Shown here: positions 50,841-64,000 of the stretch, in pieces
Numbering within the stretch: position 1 is the first letter of the stretch
Layout of the letters: every line of letters begins with the position of its first letter
Source of the DNA: Chiloscyllium plagiosum
Taxonomy: Eukaryota
Assembly: GCF_004010195.1 (NCBI RefSeq)
Contig: NC_057718.1
Location: forward strand, 45,806,322-45,870,321
Length of the DNA stretch: 64,000 bases
Reading direction: 5' to 3'
The notes under the pieces: model-generated
The model's input: only the letters and a program-made list of their open reading frames with translations
What the model was told of the DNA's origin: nothing
Database searches by the model: none
Made by a program: the position numbers and the translations under genes

Positions 50841-51839
50841 GTAATACCTCATAGATCCTGATTTTCCTCAACATCAGGCAAATGAAAAAAAACCTCTTAG
50901 GCCTCTAGTTCATAGATGAAAACAAAATGCTTCATCAACAATAGATTAAATATGAATTCAGTCATAAGACTGTGACTAAAGAATATGAACAAAGAACAAA
51001 ATAAATTTATTTTGTTGCATTAGTTTATCACAACAGAACAAATTTAACTTTTCAATGAGACAGGAATATTTTAGAAATATCTTTGGAGTTTAAATTATGT
51101 TGCTCTCTACTTTCTAGTTTTTTTTATACTATACATTAGTATTGCAGGAATTTCAACACATATCCCTAGGGAAAAATTAAAGCATTACCGTAATAAATCA
51201 GGGGAGGACCACCATTAGGGCACCATCCACCTTGTCTTCCCACCCGCTTTAACTGTTAAATAAATCATAACATCCTGTTAATAGTAATGTTGGTAAAGAT
51301 GAATAAGTAGTTCCAAATGGTGGCCAAATTACAAGTGTGCCTTGCTTCCAAGTTTTTGTTTGTAACAAGTAGCAACTTCAGACTTTTGATAAATGAGGTC
51401 TTTAAGGATAAAGTTTTCCATTCTGACTACTCCCTGCTAATGTGGAAAGGGCAGAGGAATAGGAAATTAGCAGATGAATGGGCTGGATATGCCATTCATC
51501 TGCTTGAACCATTCAACCTCTTTCCAGCGTCATATAACTGTTCTTGCTCATAATTTTGTTTTGACTATTTTGGCAGCGATTCTGTACAGAATAATGTGTT
51601 ATCAGGTAGAATTGACATAAGCAAAGTAATTTTATTGAAAAATGCAAAACAACATGGACTCATGCCATTGCTATTTCTAACTTCCATTATTCTTTCGAGT
51701 GAAAAAGGCTAGTTCTACAATTTAATTTTGTTAACCATAGGAAAAATATAGCAATAATAAATAGATCATACATGAACTTTAGTGCAATTAACCAAAGTGA
51801 TGCAGACTGCTATCCAACACACCTTGCTTTCACACAACA

Positions 51840-52070
51840 TTTTTAGCTTAATAACTTATTAAAGATCCTTCACAGGAGTTTTGTGGAACACATTTGACAC
51901 TGAACCATGTAAAGGAGGCATTAGGATGGGTGACCGAAAGCTTTGTCATAGGGAAGCATTTTCAAAAGTGTCTGAGAGGAGAAAAGAGGTGAAAAGACAA
52001 GCAGATTGAGAGAGGGAGTTCCAGCCCTCAGGGTCTATCTGGATGAAGGCCTGGCTTCCAATGGTGAGAA
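51840..52070 (-). mobile_element. L2 LINE 3' end
   Basis: tttgacactgaacca...ggatgggtgaccgaaagctt...gagggagttccagc...gaaggc...ccaatggtg resembles L2 3' termini. Confidence 0.55.
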
Positions 52071-53442
52071 ATAGAACTGAGAGACAGTTTAGAAGGTGGT
52101 TCAATGATCAAGAGGTAGCTCACCACCAGCTTCTCAAGGGCAATTAAAATGGGCAATAATCCCATGAATAGATTTTAAAAAAACTTACCAGGTCACGCAA
52201 GCTAAGATGAAATGACCCTTCCAGTAATATTGTGTGTAAAACTCATCCACTGCAACTATCAACTCTCACATTCTCTACTGTACTTTGAAGGCTTAACATG
52301 AACTCCCATGAAACAAATTTCATTTGGAAGTGTTATTCCACTTACTTTCCGACATGTATTTAGTTTACTGGAAGCCTCCCATGGAATCTTGCTATAGGTA
52401 TGTAATTATCAATATATCCAACATGTGCCACATGTTGAATATTAATGTATTTCATTGATAACAACTGTTGTTTCTCAGTTTTTGTTCTGTTTCTCAAGGC
52501 AAAAATAAGCATTGTGTGTTGTAGGTTTATAGACTTTCAAAGTTAAATGACAAATAGTTCCAAAAGCCACTATCAAGGGTGTGGACTTAGTCAGCAGAAG
52601 CAACTAGTGATGGCTGATATAGAGGATTTGCTGTCCTGAAGGCTATCTTCTGCCTTGTCTTGGTTGACCATCATATGGAAGTGGATTCTAGACGTTTCCT
52701 TTTGCAGGAAAGAGGAGTATAGGTTGGCACTGGCGATCTCAGTGTCTGCTTTTAAAATGTTTTTTCTGAGCAGCAAATAAACTTGGTGCAGACATTAGCA
52801 ATTATACTATATTGTGTAGAGAGGTAGCTCAGGTAAGAGGAATTCACTACCTGGATGTTCATCACTGACAAATTAATAGGTTTTCAATGCTCCCCAGGCC
52901 CTGTAGCGTAAAGGGCAATATACCCTCCATCTTAGGGTATCAACTGAGCATTTGCAATAGTGATGGAACTGGAAATGTAGCTTGGATCTGTCGGGCTCCA
53001 GAGAAGGTGAGCAGAATGTTTCCAGATTTTGAATGATGTGAACAATGGCGAGAAAGTGGGAAAATCAAGTAAGAATGAAAAATAACTTTCTTGATGCCAA
53101 GAAATAAAAGTCTGATTCTCCCCTTGAGTTTTCAACAGCAAGATGAGAATCTCAATAGTAAGTGGCAAGGGTGCCATTTCCATGTAGTAACGTCTTATTA
53201 TGTAATCTTACTTCTTCTCTATGCATCCAGGTACCTGTGAGAAATTAAATGGAACCAATTCTTGATTTGTAGATCAGTGTAGTTACTTGGTGGCTGCAGT
53301 TCACTGCATCTTCTCCAGGTCTCCACATTGGTTGGCATTCCCCAGCACCTCAGGGCACATTCTATGGGCAGCATAGAATGCTTCAGCAGAAGTACCAACC
53401 TTACCACATCAGTATACAGTCTGGACTAACATCACAGAGTTC

Positions 53443-54652
53443 TGATGTGGAGGGATTGGTGTTGGATTGGGGTGGACAAAGTTAAAAATCATACAACACC
53501 AGATTACAGTCCAACAGGTTTATTTGGAAGCACTAACTTTTGAAGCACTATTCCTTCTTCAGGTGGTTGTGAAGCAGGACCATAGGACACAGAATTTATT
53601 GCAAAAGATTACAGTGTCATGGAAACAAAATGATATTTAACAAACCTTGTTGTTTGTTAAGTATATCATTAACAACAAAGATTGTTGTTAAGTCTTTCAT
53701 CTTTTAGAATGGGTTATAGGTTTCGGTTCATTAATATATTAATTCCAGAACTTCTTTTAAGTCACATTCTCAAGATAACTTAAGGTTTTATAAAAAAAAG
53801 GTGACATCTCAGCTCAGACAATGCATTAAAAGATTGAGTCAGAGTCTGTGTGTATCCCAATCTTAAGTCAGACTGGTTCTATTTCCAAAGAGGAATTTGC
53901 AAAATATTGTATGGATTGACTGTCTGCATTGACTACCTCCAGGTTGTACATTTTTAAAGAATGTATCTGCAAATATAATTCTGCACATACAAATTCACCC
54001 CATAGTGAATGTGCTTGTGCAGGGGAGAGGGAGAGAGAGAGAGAGAGAGTATGCGTGTGAGTGTGTGCATGTGAGTGTAAGTGCACATGAGAGTGTGTGT
54101 TTCCGTGTGTGCAAGCTTGGTAAAGTGTGCGCGAGTGTGCTGGAGTCTAAGCCTGTGAGAGGGTGCATGTGTGGGTTTGATTGTGGGGAGTGTATGTTTG
54201 TGTATATGTATGAGAGAGAGCTTGGGTATGAGAGAGGGTCTACGTGAATGTGAGTATGTAAGAGTGTGTGTGTGTGTGTATATGGGTTTGCGTGTGTGTG
54301 CACGAGAGTGTATAGTGTAGTGTGACATGAACCCAAGGTCCCAGTTGAGGCCATCTTTATGGTTGCTGAACTTGGCTATCAGCCGCTACTCGGCCAGTTT
54401 ACATTGTTGCCTGTCCTAAAGTCCACCTTGGAGGATGGTCACCCGAAGATTTGAGGCTAAATGTCCCTGACTGCTGAAGTTTTCCCCGACTGGGAGGGAA
54501 CATCCCTGTTTGGTGATTGTTGTGCGGTGTCCATTCATCTATTGTCGTAGCTTCTGCTTGGTCTCGCTAATGTACCGATCCTCAGGGCAACCTTGCCTGC
54601 AGCGTATGAGATAGACAACGTTGACCGAGTCACATGAGTACCTGCTGCATAC
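53443..54652 (-). mobile_element. Penelope-like retroelement 3' part: GIY-YIG endonuclease remnant, (CA)n-rich UTR and family A terminal repeat
   Basis: 54652 down to about 54317 translates YSCDSVNVVYLIRCRQGCPEDRYISETKQKLRQ*MNGHR...PVGENF...GH...AE*RLIAKF...GLN, with 3 stops. The terminal repeat matches 944-1459; degenerate hammerhead core at about 53530-53566. Confidence 0.92.
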
Positions 54653-54984
54653 ATACCAAAGTTCAACACTTCACTAAAGTACTTTGGAGCTCATTGACAT
54701 GTTATATTGCACAGCTGCTGCCAAGCTGCTTTGTGTACAGGGCCACACACACAGCTCATGCATGCATCAGAACAGGGCTCTCAGCATGTTTTCTTAGTGC
54801 TCATTCACCTTGCATATACTTGGATGTTCATGACATCTTTGCATTGCTTCGTAGTTTAGCATATCGCTGTTTCTTCAGAGCTTACAGGCTTACAGTTGTT
54901 CTACCTTGCCTTGCCTTTAAGCACAGATAGGAAGCCAGAAAGCTCGCCATGTTTGCTAGCAGTGAAGATTTAAGTGATTGGATA

Positions 54985-55220
54985 TGTGTTTTCACACAGA
55001 GGGTGGCGAGTGTCTGGAATGGGCTGCCAGAAGTAGTGGTGGTAGCGAATACAGTTTTGTTATTTAAGAAACATTTAGACACTTACATGGATAGGATAGG
55101 TATGGAGGGATATGAAGCAAAGGGAGGCAAATGGGTCTAGTTTAAATTATGAAAATTGGGCAGCATGTGGAAGTTGGGCTGAAGAACCTGTTTCCACGCT
55201 GTAGACCTCTATGACTGTAT
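54985..55220 (+). mobile_element. CR1 3'-end fragment
   Basis: Frame FTQRVASVWNGLPEVVV...FKKHLDTYM. Confidence 0.85.
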
Positions 55221-56659
55221 GTTGCTATATGGCACTCTGCTATGCCAATGTCACATTTAAGCATGTGACAGCTACTTATGTAATAAGTACATTTCATGTG
55301 CTTCAACTAAATGGCCATGTATGAAAATTTAAGCAGAGTAGTCCTGAGTCCAGTTAAGGGAGATTGCGTGCATTCAGGAGGTACTTTCATGTATGGTGAG
55401 AACATCATTCGCTTTCATGGTTGGGGGTGGGGGCCATGGTTAATTGGCTGCTTGTTGCGATAAGGACGCAGGACCTACATCCTTACAGACCAGATATATG
55501 AGATCACAGTCAATCCTGTATATCGAGTACAAGTCATCCAGGGGTTACTGCTAAGTCAGTGAGGGAGCTGTACAGAAATTAGTCCAATCTGTCATCACTT
55601 GGAGCTGTCCTCTAAAGTTGATCCAGGAACTGAGCCACAGTCAATCCTGAGTTTATGCACTACACATTAAGGGAGCAATGCTGGGTTGGGGACATTAGGA
55701 AAGTCAAGTGTAGTGATTGGAACCAGCACACATAGATGTAGAAGGGGCAGTCTCTGTGAAGAGGCAGATGAGTGATGAAATAATGTGGAAGGGGTACTTC
55801 AGGAGGGAATCAGCGACAGTTAACAACACCCTGCCTTGAAAAGGGGCAAGTGTATTACAATATTGGACATTTCTATACAATAGGCCTGAGGCTCAGGGGA
55901 TGAGCTTGATGATGGACAGTTATAAAAAGGGTTGGGCAGGAACATGGGGAGGCTCTAATCTGATGTGATGAACAGAGATTGCAATGCAGAAAGGAACATG
56001 AAGGTTGTGTGGGATTACCTAGGCTGACAGTTAAAACCTAAAATTCACTCTCTTCAGTGTGATGTGGAAACCTGCCAGCTTCATCCAATTCCCAACTGCA
56101 CACTGAACATGAAAAATGGCTGCCAGTACACTCAGGGTTGATGGAGTAAACTTGTTTTGTTTTATCTGTGAGAGAGGGCTGTATTAATGTGCTGTAAGAG
56201 GCCATATGACGGGCAATTGTAATCATCAGGCACTTATAGATTTGAGAATAAAGGCATTTACAATCACAAAATTCTGCATGTGTACCTTAACTGATCAACT
56301 ATGTAGACTATAAATTCTAGTCACAAGTAATCATAACCATTTCATTGATCATTACAAATTAATCTTAATCTCGACGAAGCAGAAATGATCAGAGGTAACT
56401 TTTAAAATGTCAGCTATGGTCAACAGTTTTCAAAATATATTGCCAAGGTCTCATAGGCCTGTCAATGATGAGGATCTGCTTTCCTCTCACATTGAACTGT
56501 AGTATGTAGGAATGTGCTTTTATAGTCAATGCTGCCTTTCTTGGGTGACATGGAGGGTGAGGGTGGGAGGACAAGATGACAGTTATCCTGTTGCATCTAT
56601 AATCTCCTACTGTATTTGCACAACATGGCTTGTGCTGCATATATCTGAATAAGGTCTGA

Positions 56660-57620
56660 TTTGCCAGGAGGTGGGGAGGCTGCAAAAGGATTTCGACAGG
56701 TGAGGAGAGTGTGCAAAGAAGTGGCTGATGGAGTACAATGTGGGAAAGTGTGAGATCATGCACTTTAGTAAGAAGAATAGAAGCATGGACTATTTTCTAA
56801 AGGGGGAGAACATTCAGAAGTCTGAAGTGCAAAGAGACTTGGGAGTTCTAGTCCAGGATTCTCTCAAGATAATCTTACAGGTTGAGTCAATAGTTAGGAA
56901 AGCAAATGTAATGTTAGCATTTATTTTGAGAGGACTTGAATATAAAAGCAGGGATGTACTTCTGAGGCTTTATAAAGTTCTGGTCAGACCACATTTAGAG
57001 TATTGTGCATAGAAAGGCTTATGCTTGAATCGTCAACTCTCCTGCTCCTCAGATGCTACCTGAGCTACTGTGCTTTTCCAGCACCACACTCTTCGACCAC
57101 CATATCTCAGGAAGGATGTATTCCTCCTGGAACAGGTTCAGAGGAGGTTCACAAGAATGGTCCCAGGAATGAAAAATTTAACATATGAGGAACCTTTGAG
57201 GACCCTGGGACTATACACAATGGAGTTTAGGAGGATGAGAGGTGATCTAATTGAAACTTATAGAATACTGAATGGCCTGGACAGAGTAGATGTTGTGAAG
57301 TTGTTTCCATTGTTAGAAGAGACAAGGTCCAGAGGGCATAGCATTAGAATAAAGATAAAGACCTTTTAGAGTGGAGATAAGGAGAAACCTCTTCAGCCAG
57401 AGAACGATAAATCTGTGGACTTCACTGCCACAGAAGGCCAGGTCATTGAATATATTTAAGATGGAGATAAATAGGTTCTTGTTTGTCATGGAGATCAAGG
57501 TTTACGGGGAGAAAGCTGGAGAATGGGGTTGAGAAACTTATCAGCCATGCTTGTATGGTGGAGCAGACTCGATGGGCTGAATGGCCTAATTTCTGCTCCT
57601 ATGCCTCATGGTCTTATGGT
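56660..57620 (+). mobile_element. CR1 LINE 3' part (another subfamily)
   Basis: Frames MEYNVGKCEIMHF...LYKVLVRPHLEYC and EQVQRRFTRMVPGM...RGDLIETYRIL. Confidence 0.92.
57010..57097 (+). mobile_element. Penelope-derived fragment (family B) inserted in CR1
   Basis: agaaaggcttatgcttgaatcgtcaactctcctgctcctcagatgct...ttttccagcaccacact interrupts the CR1 frame between LEYC and PYLRKD. Confidence 0.75.
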
Positions 57621-57999
57621 CTATATCCATGTGGAAGCATCTCAGAGCTCTCTTTGTCAGAGGACTGCAAGATCTCTTGTCCTTGATACAAGAGATCCTT
57701 ATTGTAAACTCTTATTTGTATGTACTGTGACTGCTCACTGCTCACATTACTGAGGAGCTGTTTTGTCATTGATTGTCCCCACATAGGATCATTGGAACCA
57801 TTAGCAATGGATCCAGCTACAAGAGGTGTTATCATCACTGTACTATGAAAGTGTAAAGAAATTGAGTGGGCATAAAGCATGCCAAGAACCAGCAACAATC
57901 TCAAAAAGCTGTTGAAGAGCCTTCTCATGTGAAAGGTGCAGCAGAAGGTTTCTGCAGGACATAGAGGAGGTTCAAGAGGCCCACTATTCCAGTGCTATT

Positions 58000-58620
58000 A
58001 ACACAACAGGAAGATATATTGATGGAACGAGTCTCTCTCTTGAAGCGATGTTCATAACTCCAAGATCATAGTGAATGACTAGCTGAAGCAACATCCTTAA
58101 TGAATGAAGACTTTGTCTTCCAAAAAGAAAAGCTGGAAAGATTGAACAAAATTAGTTGAAATCTTATTAACAACCGAAGTCATCTAAAGAATGAGGTTGA
58201 CCTTTCAGACATTTCTGCAGATCAGACTATTGCACAGGAATTTGCTATTGATCCTGGTGTGGAAATTTATCCAGGTGATAATGATGGTCCTGCTTTCTCA
58301 CTGAGGCCCTAAGATGTCTTGGTCTGCACTTCAGCAGCTTCATGATCTAACAATTGTGAAAGTAATGCCACTACCCGTAGAGAGGAAAAATTCTTCCTTG
58401 GAAATAGTGAAGGTTTTTGTTTTTTAGCTTCTAGAGTTGTCTTCAGAATGCCTTCTATTCTTCTTTTCATCTACTAAATTCTGATCTGAGAGCAAAGCAG
58501 AAGGAAATAAGAGTGAGAATTTTAGTTTATCTTCTTCCTTTTCAAGAGGCTTTGATCATTCAAGTCCGAGTGTGTTCTTCTTTGAATCAGTTTTGGTCAG
58601 TCTTCATTGCTGCTATTTTC
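58000..58620 (-). mobile_element. Possible highly decayed L1-type ORF1 remnant
   Basis: Scattered minus-strand peptides EDNSRS and RTIIITWINF resemble L1 ORF1 motifs ENRSRR and PRPII.K..F; weak. Confidence 0.25.
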
Positions 58621-61600
58621 AAGGCTTTGCAAGTATCACAGCCCAAGAAACTGTCATTGTCAGAAGCTTACATTCAATGTAAGAGAAAATGATAAGGAGA
58701 ATGGTAAGAGAACATATATATCCATTCATGTCCTCTGAGAGAACAGTAAACACTGTTGGCAAATAATGCTTCAAATAAAAGAGACTTATGGTGGTGAAGG
58801 AGAAGCGGACAAAAGAGTTAAATCATAAAATGGACGACCATGGAAAAACTTGAGGGGAGATATGGAGTAAAGGCATGTATAAGGAAGCACGTCATAGTGA
58901 TCTTGCGTCACATGGAACTGGAGTCTGGGTCCCTTGTAAATAGTAATGTTGAGTAAACCATGTTGCAATTCACTCATGAATGTAGATGTCACATTAATAC
59001 AGTCCATCAAATGAGATGCCCCTATATGCCAGCAGTCTTAAAGACAATTAGATAGTAAGTGTGGAGCAGGCTTTCTCTTCTGGTTTCAATAGCTATGGTG
59101 GACAGAATGTTGGAGTATAGTTTTACTGTCTCATTGGAACATTAGACGTTCTGGTCAGCAGCATTGGTAAGGCAGTTTCCAGCAGCAGGGGCCCTGGCTG
59201 GAATGACAACAAATGATTTTGTCATCCATTAGAGTAGACTTCCCTGCCAACATCATCCTGTGCAATACAAATGATGAAAGACAAAGAGGGCTCACTTTCA
59301 GCAGTGCAAGTGCTGCAGCCTGCAGTATTTCACTATCAGGATTTGTCTGCATGAAGTGAGAGCCACCTCAATCCTATGAGACTCCTATTTATATAACAGC
59401 AGCATTTTGACAGCATTCCCTCTTGCACTAGGGCACAATCTAGATTAGGCACTGGATTTGGGTCAGGGGGACATATTTCAGATGTTGACACCAAGGGGAA
59501 ACTTAGCAGTAGGAAACAATATTTGCAAGTATAATCTATGGGAATTAAAAATATGATTGTGCCACAGTCGGTGTTTGAGCTGAATATTATTGATTAGATT
59601 TGGGAACAGGTATTCACAGAATTACACATAAAATGAAGGTATTGTAGCTGAAGATATGTGTGTAAAGGAAATGAGGAGAATTGAAGCCATGACTGCTGAT
59701 CCATGAGGAACATTTGAAAGTTAGAAGCAGAGAGCTGTAAGCTGTTTCCTTGTTACTGGCCAGCTCATCATGTTGCCCTGGTTCCTTCTGGGAAACCTGG
59801 GATCTTCATGGCATCAACATACGTCTGATTGAATGGTAATGTTCTCCAACGTGCAGTAAAAAGCAAATATCTTAGACACTATCAACATGGTGTCTTCCAG
59901 GATGCTACCAGATCAATCCAGGTACCTGAAGTACTACTAAAAGATACAAATAGTGTGTATAATAACTCAGGTGTGTAATTCATAATATATCTGTAATTAA
60001 CTCATCTTTGAGACTGTTCAGTAGTGCCATAAACCATGGCTGCAGAAGTTGGCCCTGAGATCCCAGAGCTTACTGTAGGGCTTGCTACTAAATTCAAATA
60101 TTGATAGCTTAAAATGAAGGACAGTGGCAAGGAAAATGAATATTTCCTTATATTCTTGCTAACAGCCATAAACACGTTGGAAGTTAAGAAATTGAAATTC
60201 TTTGTCATCCATTTGGCTTGTAGAACAGAATTAGGGTACATGAGATCATTTTGGAATAATTAATGACCTTCTGCCACTCCGTAATATTGTAGTGTTATTG
60301 TCTGCTATAGGGATCAAAGGCAAACACTGATGCTCAAGCAAATAATGCGTTTAAAACTTGTTTCACACATCCACATTCACAGCGTTAGTGGCTTCTTTGT
60401 TCACTACCAGGCTCATCTCCACTTTTCTCATTTCCTCATTCAGTTAGAGTCAAGGTCTTTATAGCATTATTTCTCAGAGAAATGGAGTTGTTACTTGTGT
60501 ATTCTTGTATGATGCTTGGAGATAGTCATGTTAATTGCAGCCTGACCTACCTTGCATCTCTCATTGTACTTCAACACAGGCAGCACTTTAAAATGCCATT
60601 TTTGTGTTGCAGAATTTTGATCCATTATAAAAAATGCTGCCTCTATTCCATAGCACATAGTCTTTTCAAACACTTTGCAAGAAAAAGGATAGAGGATAAG
60701 GAGAAGCAATTGAGTAATAGTTGGTAATTTTATAATCTCACTTCTGATCTATTTTAAAATGATGTTTGCATGAAGCACTATGTCTAATAACCTGGATTTT
60801 CCCTGTTATGAGGCTAAGTAACGGAAACAGAGTGCAATGGACAGAAATGACGTCGTATTTTTATGCACTAGCTTGCATCCATCTGTCCACAAGCTGATGG
60901 ATACTTTCTGCACCAATTTAAATCCAGATCAGAGAATTGAAATAGAGGCAAATGGGCAGAGATCCAGTGTATTAGATCTTTGCCCAGTTTCCAGTCTGCT
61001 GGACTTCCTGACTGAAAATTTGGCATTTCTGATTAGTCCATTTAAGCTATTGTCTCCTTCAGTATTTTATTTCTTCTTTCTTAACAAACGTTTTATATCA
61101 TGGCAGAAAACATTGATACTGAAATCTAGAATTATATTTGTTTTTGTGATCATTAATATTAATTTTGTAGGGATGGTTTTCATTGATTGCTATCGGTCAC
61201 AGCATCAGAAAGAAATGGACTCGGATATTCTCTGGTCTCTAACTGTAGCAAAATTTGAAGAGCATTCTTTTTGAGTGTTTCATTAGAGACATGAAACAGA
61301 ATTAGTCTTCCCATATTTGTTCATATCACTGTATTTAATTATTAGAAAAATCACACCACAAATGGATGTTCATCTCACAGCTTAAATACAATAGATGTTC
61401 ACTCGTAAATCAAAAACAACTGTTTCTATTTTATGATTCATAAAATTACAAGCCATTATAAATTATCCATTTATTTTATATAGCCTCACCTGCTTCCATA
61501 CCCAAATGCCCTAATTTTCAGATCTATCACAGGCCCCTAGAGGCATCCGTAGTGTGCAGTGATGATACCAGTGCTTGTGAAGTATCAGAATGCATGCTGT

Positions 61601-62373
61601 GTAACTTACAGACAATATTCTCCTTTTAATTAATTTTGTAATTACAAGCAATTAATTTAGTTTAAATGTGCTAAATCTTGTTTAATGGAGTCAACGTACC
61701 CATGTTTTCTACCCAGCATGAATCCCCACTGCTAAGCTACTCAATACTGAATGGTTGCATTTAAGACCTATACAAGCATTTTAGAGTGAACTTCACAAAC
61801 ATTCTGTTCTGTAATTAGCATGCTTAATTAAATCTAAAAAAAGGTTGTTATTACAACTGGTAATTTTGCTGTAAGTACTCTCTCCCCACTTGATACAGGG
61901 ATAAAGAATCAAATTTATTGAACTATTGAGCTCTTGTCAATTCATTCAGCTAGTTAAAACAATTCCATGTTTGCACCCTGTGATATTAGTTGATATCAGC
62001 TGGGAATTCATAGGGATACTTTATATGCCCTGGTTGAGGAAGGGGAAAGTGACTCAGTTTCCCATTTTTGTTGGTCGCTCAGTAAGCTCTGATGGAAGAT
62101 TTCATTATGAACATCAGTTGAGGTCAGAATAGCTGATAATCATTCATTGTTTAGATTCATTCATGAAGATTGATTCCTTGGATGATGTAGAAAAAAATGT
62201 ATTTATCACACGTTTCATGATTACAGAGCATCTTAAAGTGTTTTACAGTTAATTAGAACTTCTGAAGGGCAGTCATTGTAGTAATTTGAAGATACCAAAC
62301 TCCCACAAACAGCTACCTAAAGTTATTAAATAATCTGTTTTTATTGTGATGAAGAACAACTATTGACTAGGAC

Positions 62374-62945
62374 CGCTAAACAAAGAAAAACACAAAAACT
62401 GCAAATGTTGGAAATCAGAAACGAAAGCAGAATTTGCCAGAAAAACACAGCAGATCTGGTAGCATCTGTAGAGAGGAAGCAAAGTTTGTTTTTAAGAGTA
62501 GATTCCCTACAATATGGAAAAAGGCCCTTTGGGCCAACAAGCCCATACCAACCCTCTGAAGAATTAACCCACCCATTCACGTACCCTACATGACTAATGC
62601 ACCTAACAGTATGGGCAATTTAGCATGGCCAATCAACCTGACCTGCATATCTTTGGATTGTGGGAGGAAACCAGAGCAAACCCACACAGACACAGGGAGA
62701 ATGTGCAAATGCCCTACAGACAGTTGCCCAAGGCAAGAATTGAACCTTGGCCCCTGGCACTGTGAGGCAACATTGCTAACCACTGAGCCACCATGCCGGG
62801 TCCAGTGGGTCCAGTGACTGGTCTTCAGAATTGAGGAAGACCCTTCTGAAGAAGGGTCAGTAGATGTGAAACAAACTCTGCTTTCTCTCCATTGATGCTG
62901 TCAGAACTGCTGAGTTTTTCCAGTAATTTCTGTTTTTTGTTACAT
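62374..62945. mobile_element. Palindromic Penelope-derived element (family C), split by an HE1 SINE
   Basis: 8-bp TSD actaggac (62366-73, 62946-53); core ctgaaga-agggtcagtagatgt-gaaa at about 62847-62871. Confidence 0.78.
62495..62797 (-). mobile_element. HE1-type V-SINE
   Basis: Same head, V-domain and tail as 12619-12939, more diverged. Confidence 0.9.
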
Positions 62946-64000
62946 ACTAGGACTATAGGCTTTTTTTTAAAATTGTGTCTTATGATGTTTTATTTCCATC
63001 TGAACAAGCAGATGCCTCAATATAATGTCCAATCCAAAAGATAACATCTCCAACAGTGAAGTGCTCCTTGAGTGGTGCAGTGGTGTGTCAGTTTTGATTT
63101 TTGGACTGAAGCCCTGGGTGAAATTTGAATCCAGAACCCTGTGATCAGAGACAAGAGTACTACCAACTGAGCTACAACTGAGACATTGTAAGTAATAGAA
63201 ATTGATTGATGTCTGTAGTACCAAACTTCACTGAGCTTCAGGAAGTAGAAGAGGATGGAAGAACTGAGAAGATGAATGCAGGAAAATTCACATAAATATA
63301 TGTTTTTGCCTGTAATGGAGACCCATTTGTCAGGTTTCTTCCTTGCTGGGTCCCACCATGATGTCACCCATAGAAAGACACCATCAATTGAGTCCTCTGC
63401 AAGCAACTAAAGCCGCAATTAAATATGGGTCTAGGAGACAGACCAGAGTAGGCACACCTGAAAAGCTATGGTACTGGTTGCTTATGCTTCCTATGATGTC
63501 CACAGGGTGATTGGCTGCACTTAATTTCAATCATTAGATTAACCTAGCGCTGAGGAGTCTCCAATTTGTGAATTGAAAGCAATGCTTAGAGTTTTCAAAA
63601 GGTTTGCTGCATTTTAATAACAATGTCAATTGTTCATATTCAACCTATGAGCTCAACAACTTTCTTCTTCATCATTGACTAAATTTGTGTTTTTCACTGT
63701 CTAATTGCTTATTTTTTTGCATCAGTTGAATGCTGATCTTGCCACATTCTCCAGTTTTCTTCCTGCCTGGCCTTATCTTGTTCATGATGCTGAGCTGCTA
63801 CTTCTAGATCCTATTTCCACCAAACAAATAACCACCCAACAGCCCATTCTCACTCGCATGTTAGTTAATTTTTAATGTTTCCCTCTCCTCAGGTATAGTT
63901 TCCAGTTTGCTTTCAAGTCTCTGGTCATCACACCTTCCTTGAATTCCTGCTTTTGACTTCTCTGTTCTTGTAAATTTCCATCTCATCTCCAATCCTCCTT

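Larger units (their letters stand above)
62190..63182 (-). mobile_element. Deu-domain SINE, full length, host of nested insertions
   Basis: tRNA head on the minus strand (tagctcagttgg...ggattcaaatt) at about 63120-63180; Deu tail at 62190-62365. Confidence 0.72.

Noticed and set aside
53868..54354. His/Thr-rich ORFs
   Set aside because: Translation artefacts of the CA/GA-rich UTR of the Penelope element.
57620..59350. Very faint Harbinger transposase-like peptides (TALP, DCINV, CDAR)
   Set aside because: Too degenerate to delimit or call without a profile search.
60837..61274. 145-aa plus-strand ORF
   Set aside because: Composition typical of AT-rich non-coding DNA; no domain recognised.
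1..64000. CRISPR array, prokaryotic operon or defence system
   Set aside because: The sequence is vertebrate repeat-rich DNA with no regular repeat-spacer array or gene-dense region.

Overview
AT-rich, CpG-depleted, repeat-dense non-coding DNA from a cartilaginous fish, most likely a shark. This is inferred from HE1-type V-SINEs with (TTAGA)n tails, many CR1/HER1-like LINE fragments and Deu-domain SINEs. I recognise no intact host gene, rRNA, tRNA or CRISPR array. The ORF track consists of decayed transposon frames and chance ORFs. Recognisable content: many CR1 LINE copies, a second CR1/L2-group LINE family and a SINE sharing its 3' tail, L2 fragments, HE1 and Deu SINEs, tandem short tRNA-derived SINEs, an internally deleted Gypsy element with both LTRs, a second Gypsy gag-protease remnant, a two-gene Harbinger remnant and two Tigger-like MITEs. 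The most striking signal is about a dozen short Penelope-derived insertions from three sequence families. Many are palindromic and several carry 7-16 bp target-site duplications. Each family carries a minimal hammerhead-ribozyme core (CUGANGA-stem II-GAAA with a palindromic stem III), and one copy is still attached to a GIY-YIG endonuclease remnant. There is also a templated inverted duplication, a CpG-retaining island near the start, and several repeat-free islands that may be regulatory. Boundaries were read by eye and are approximate, except where TSDs or TIRs are quoted.
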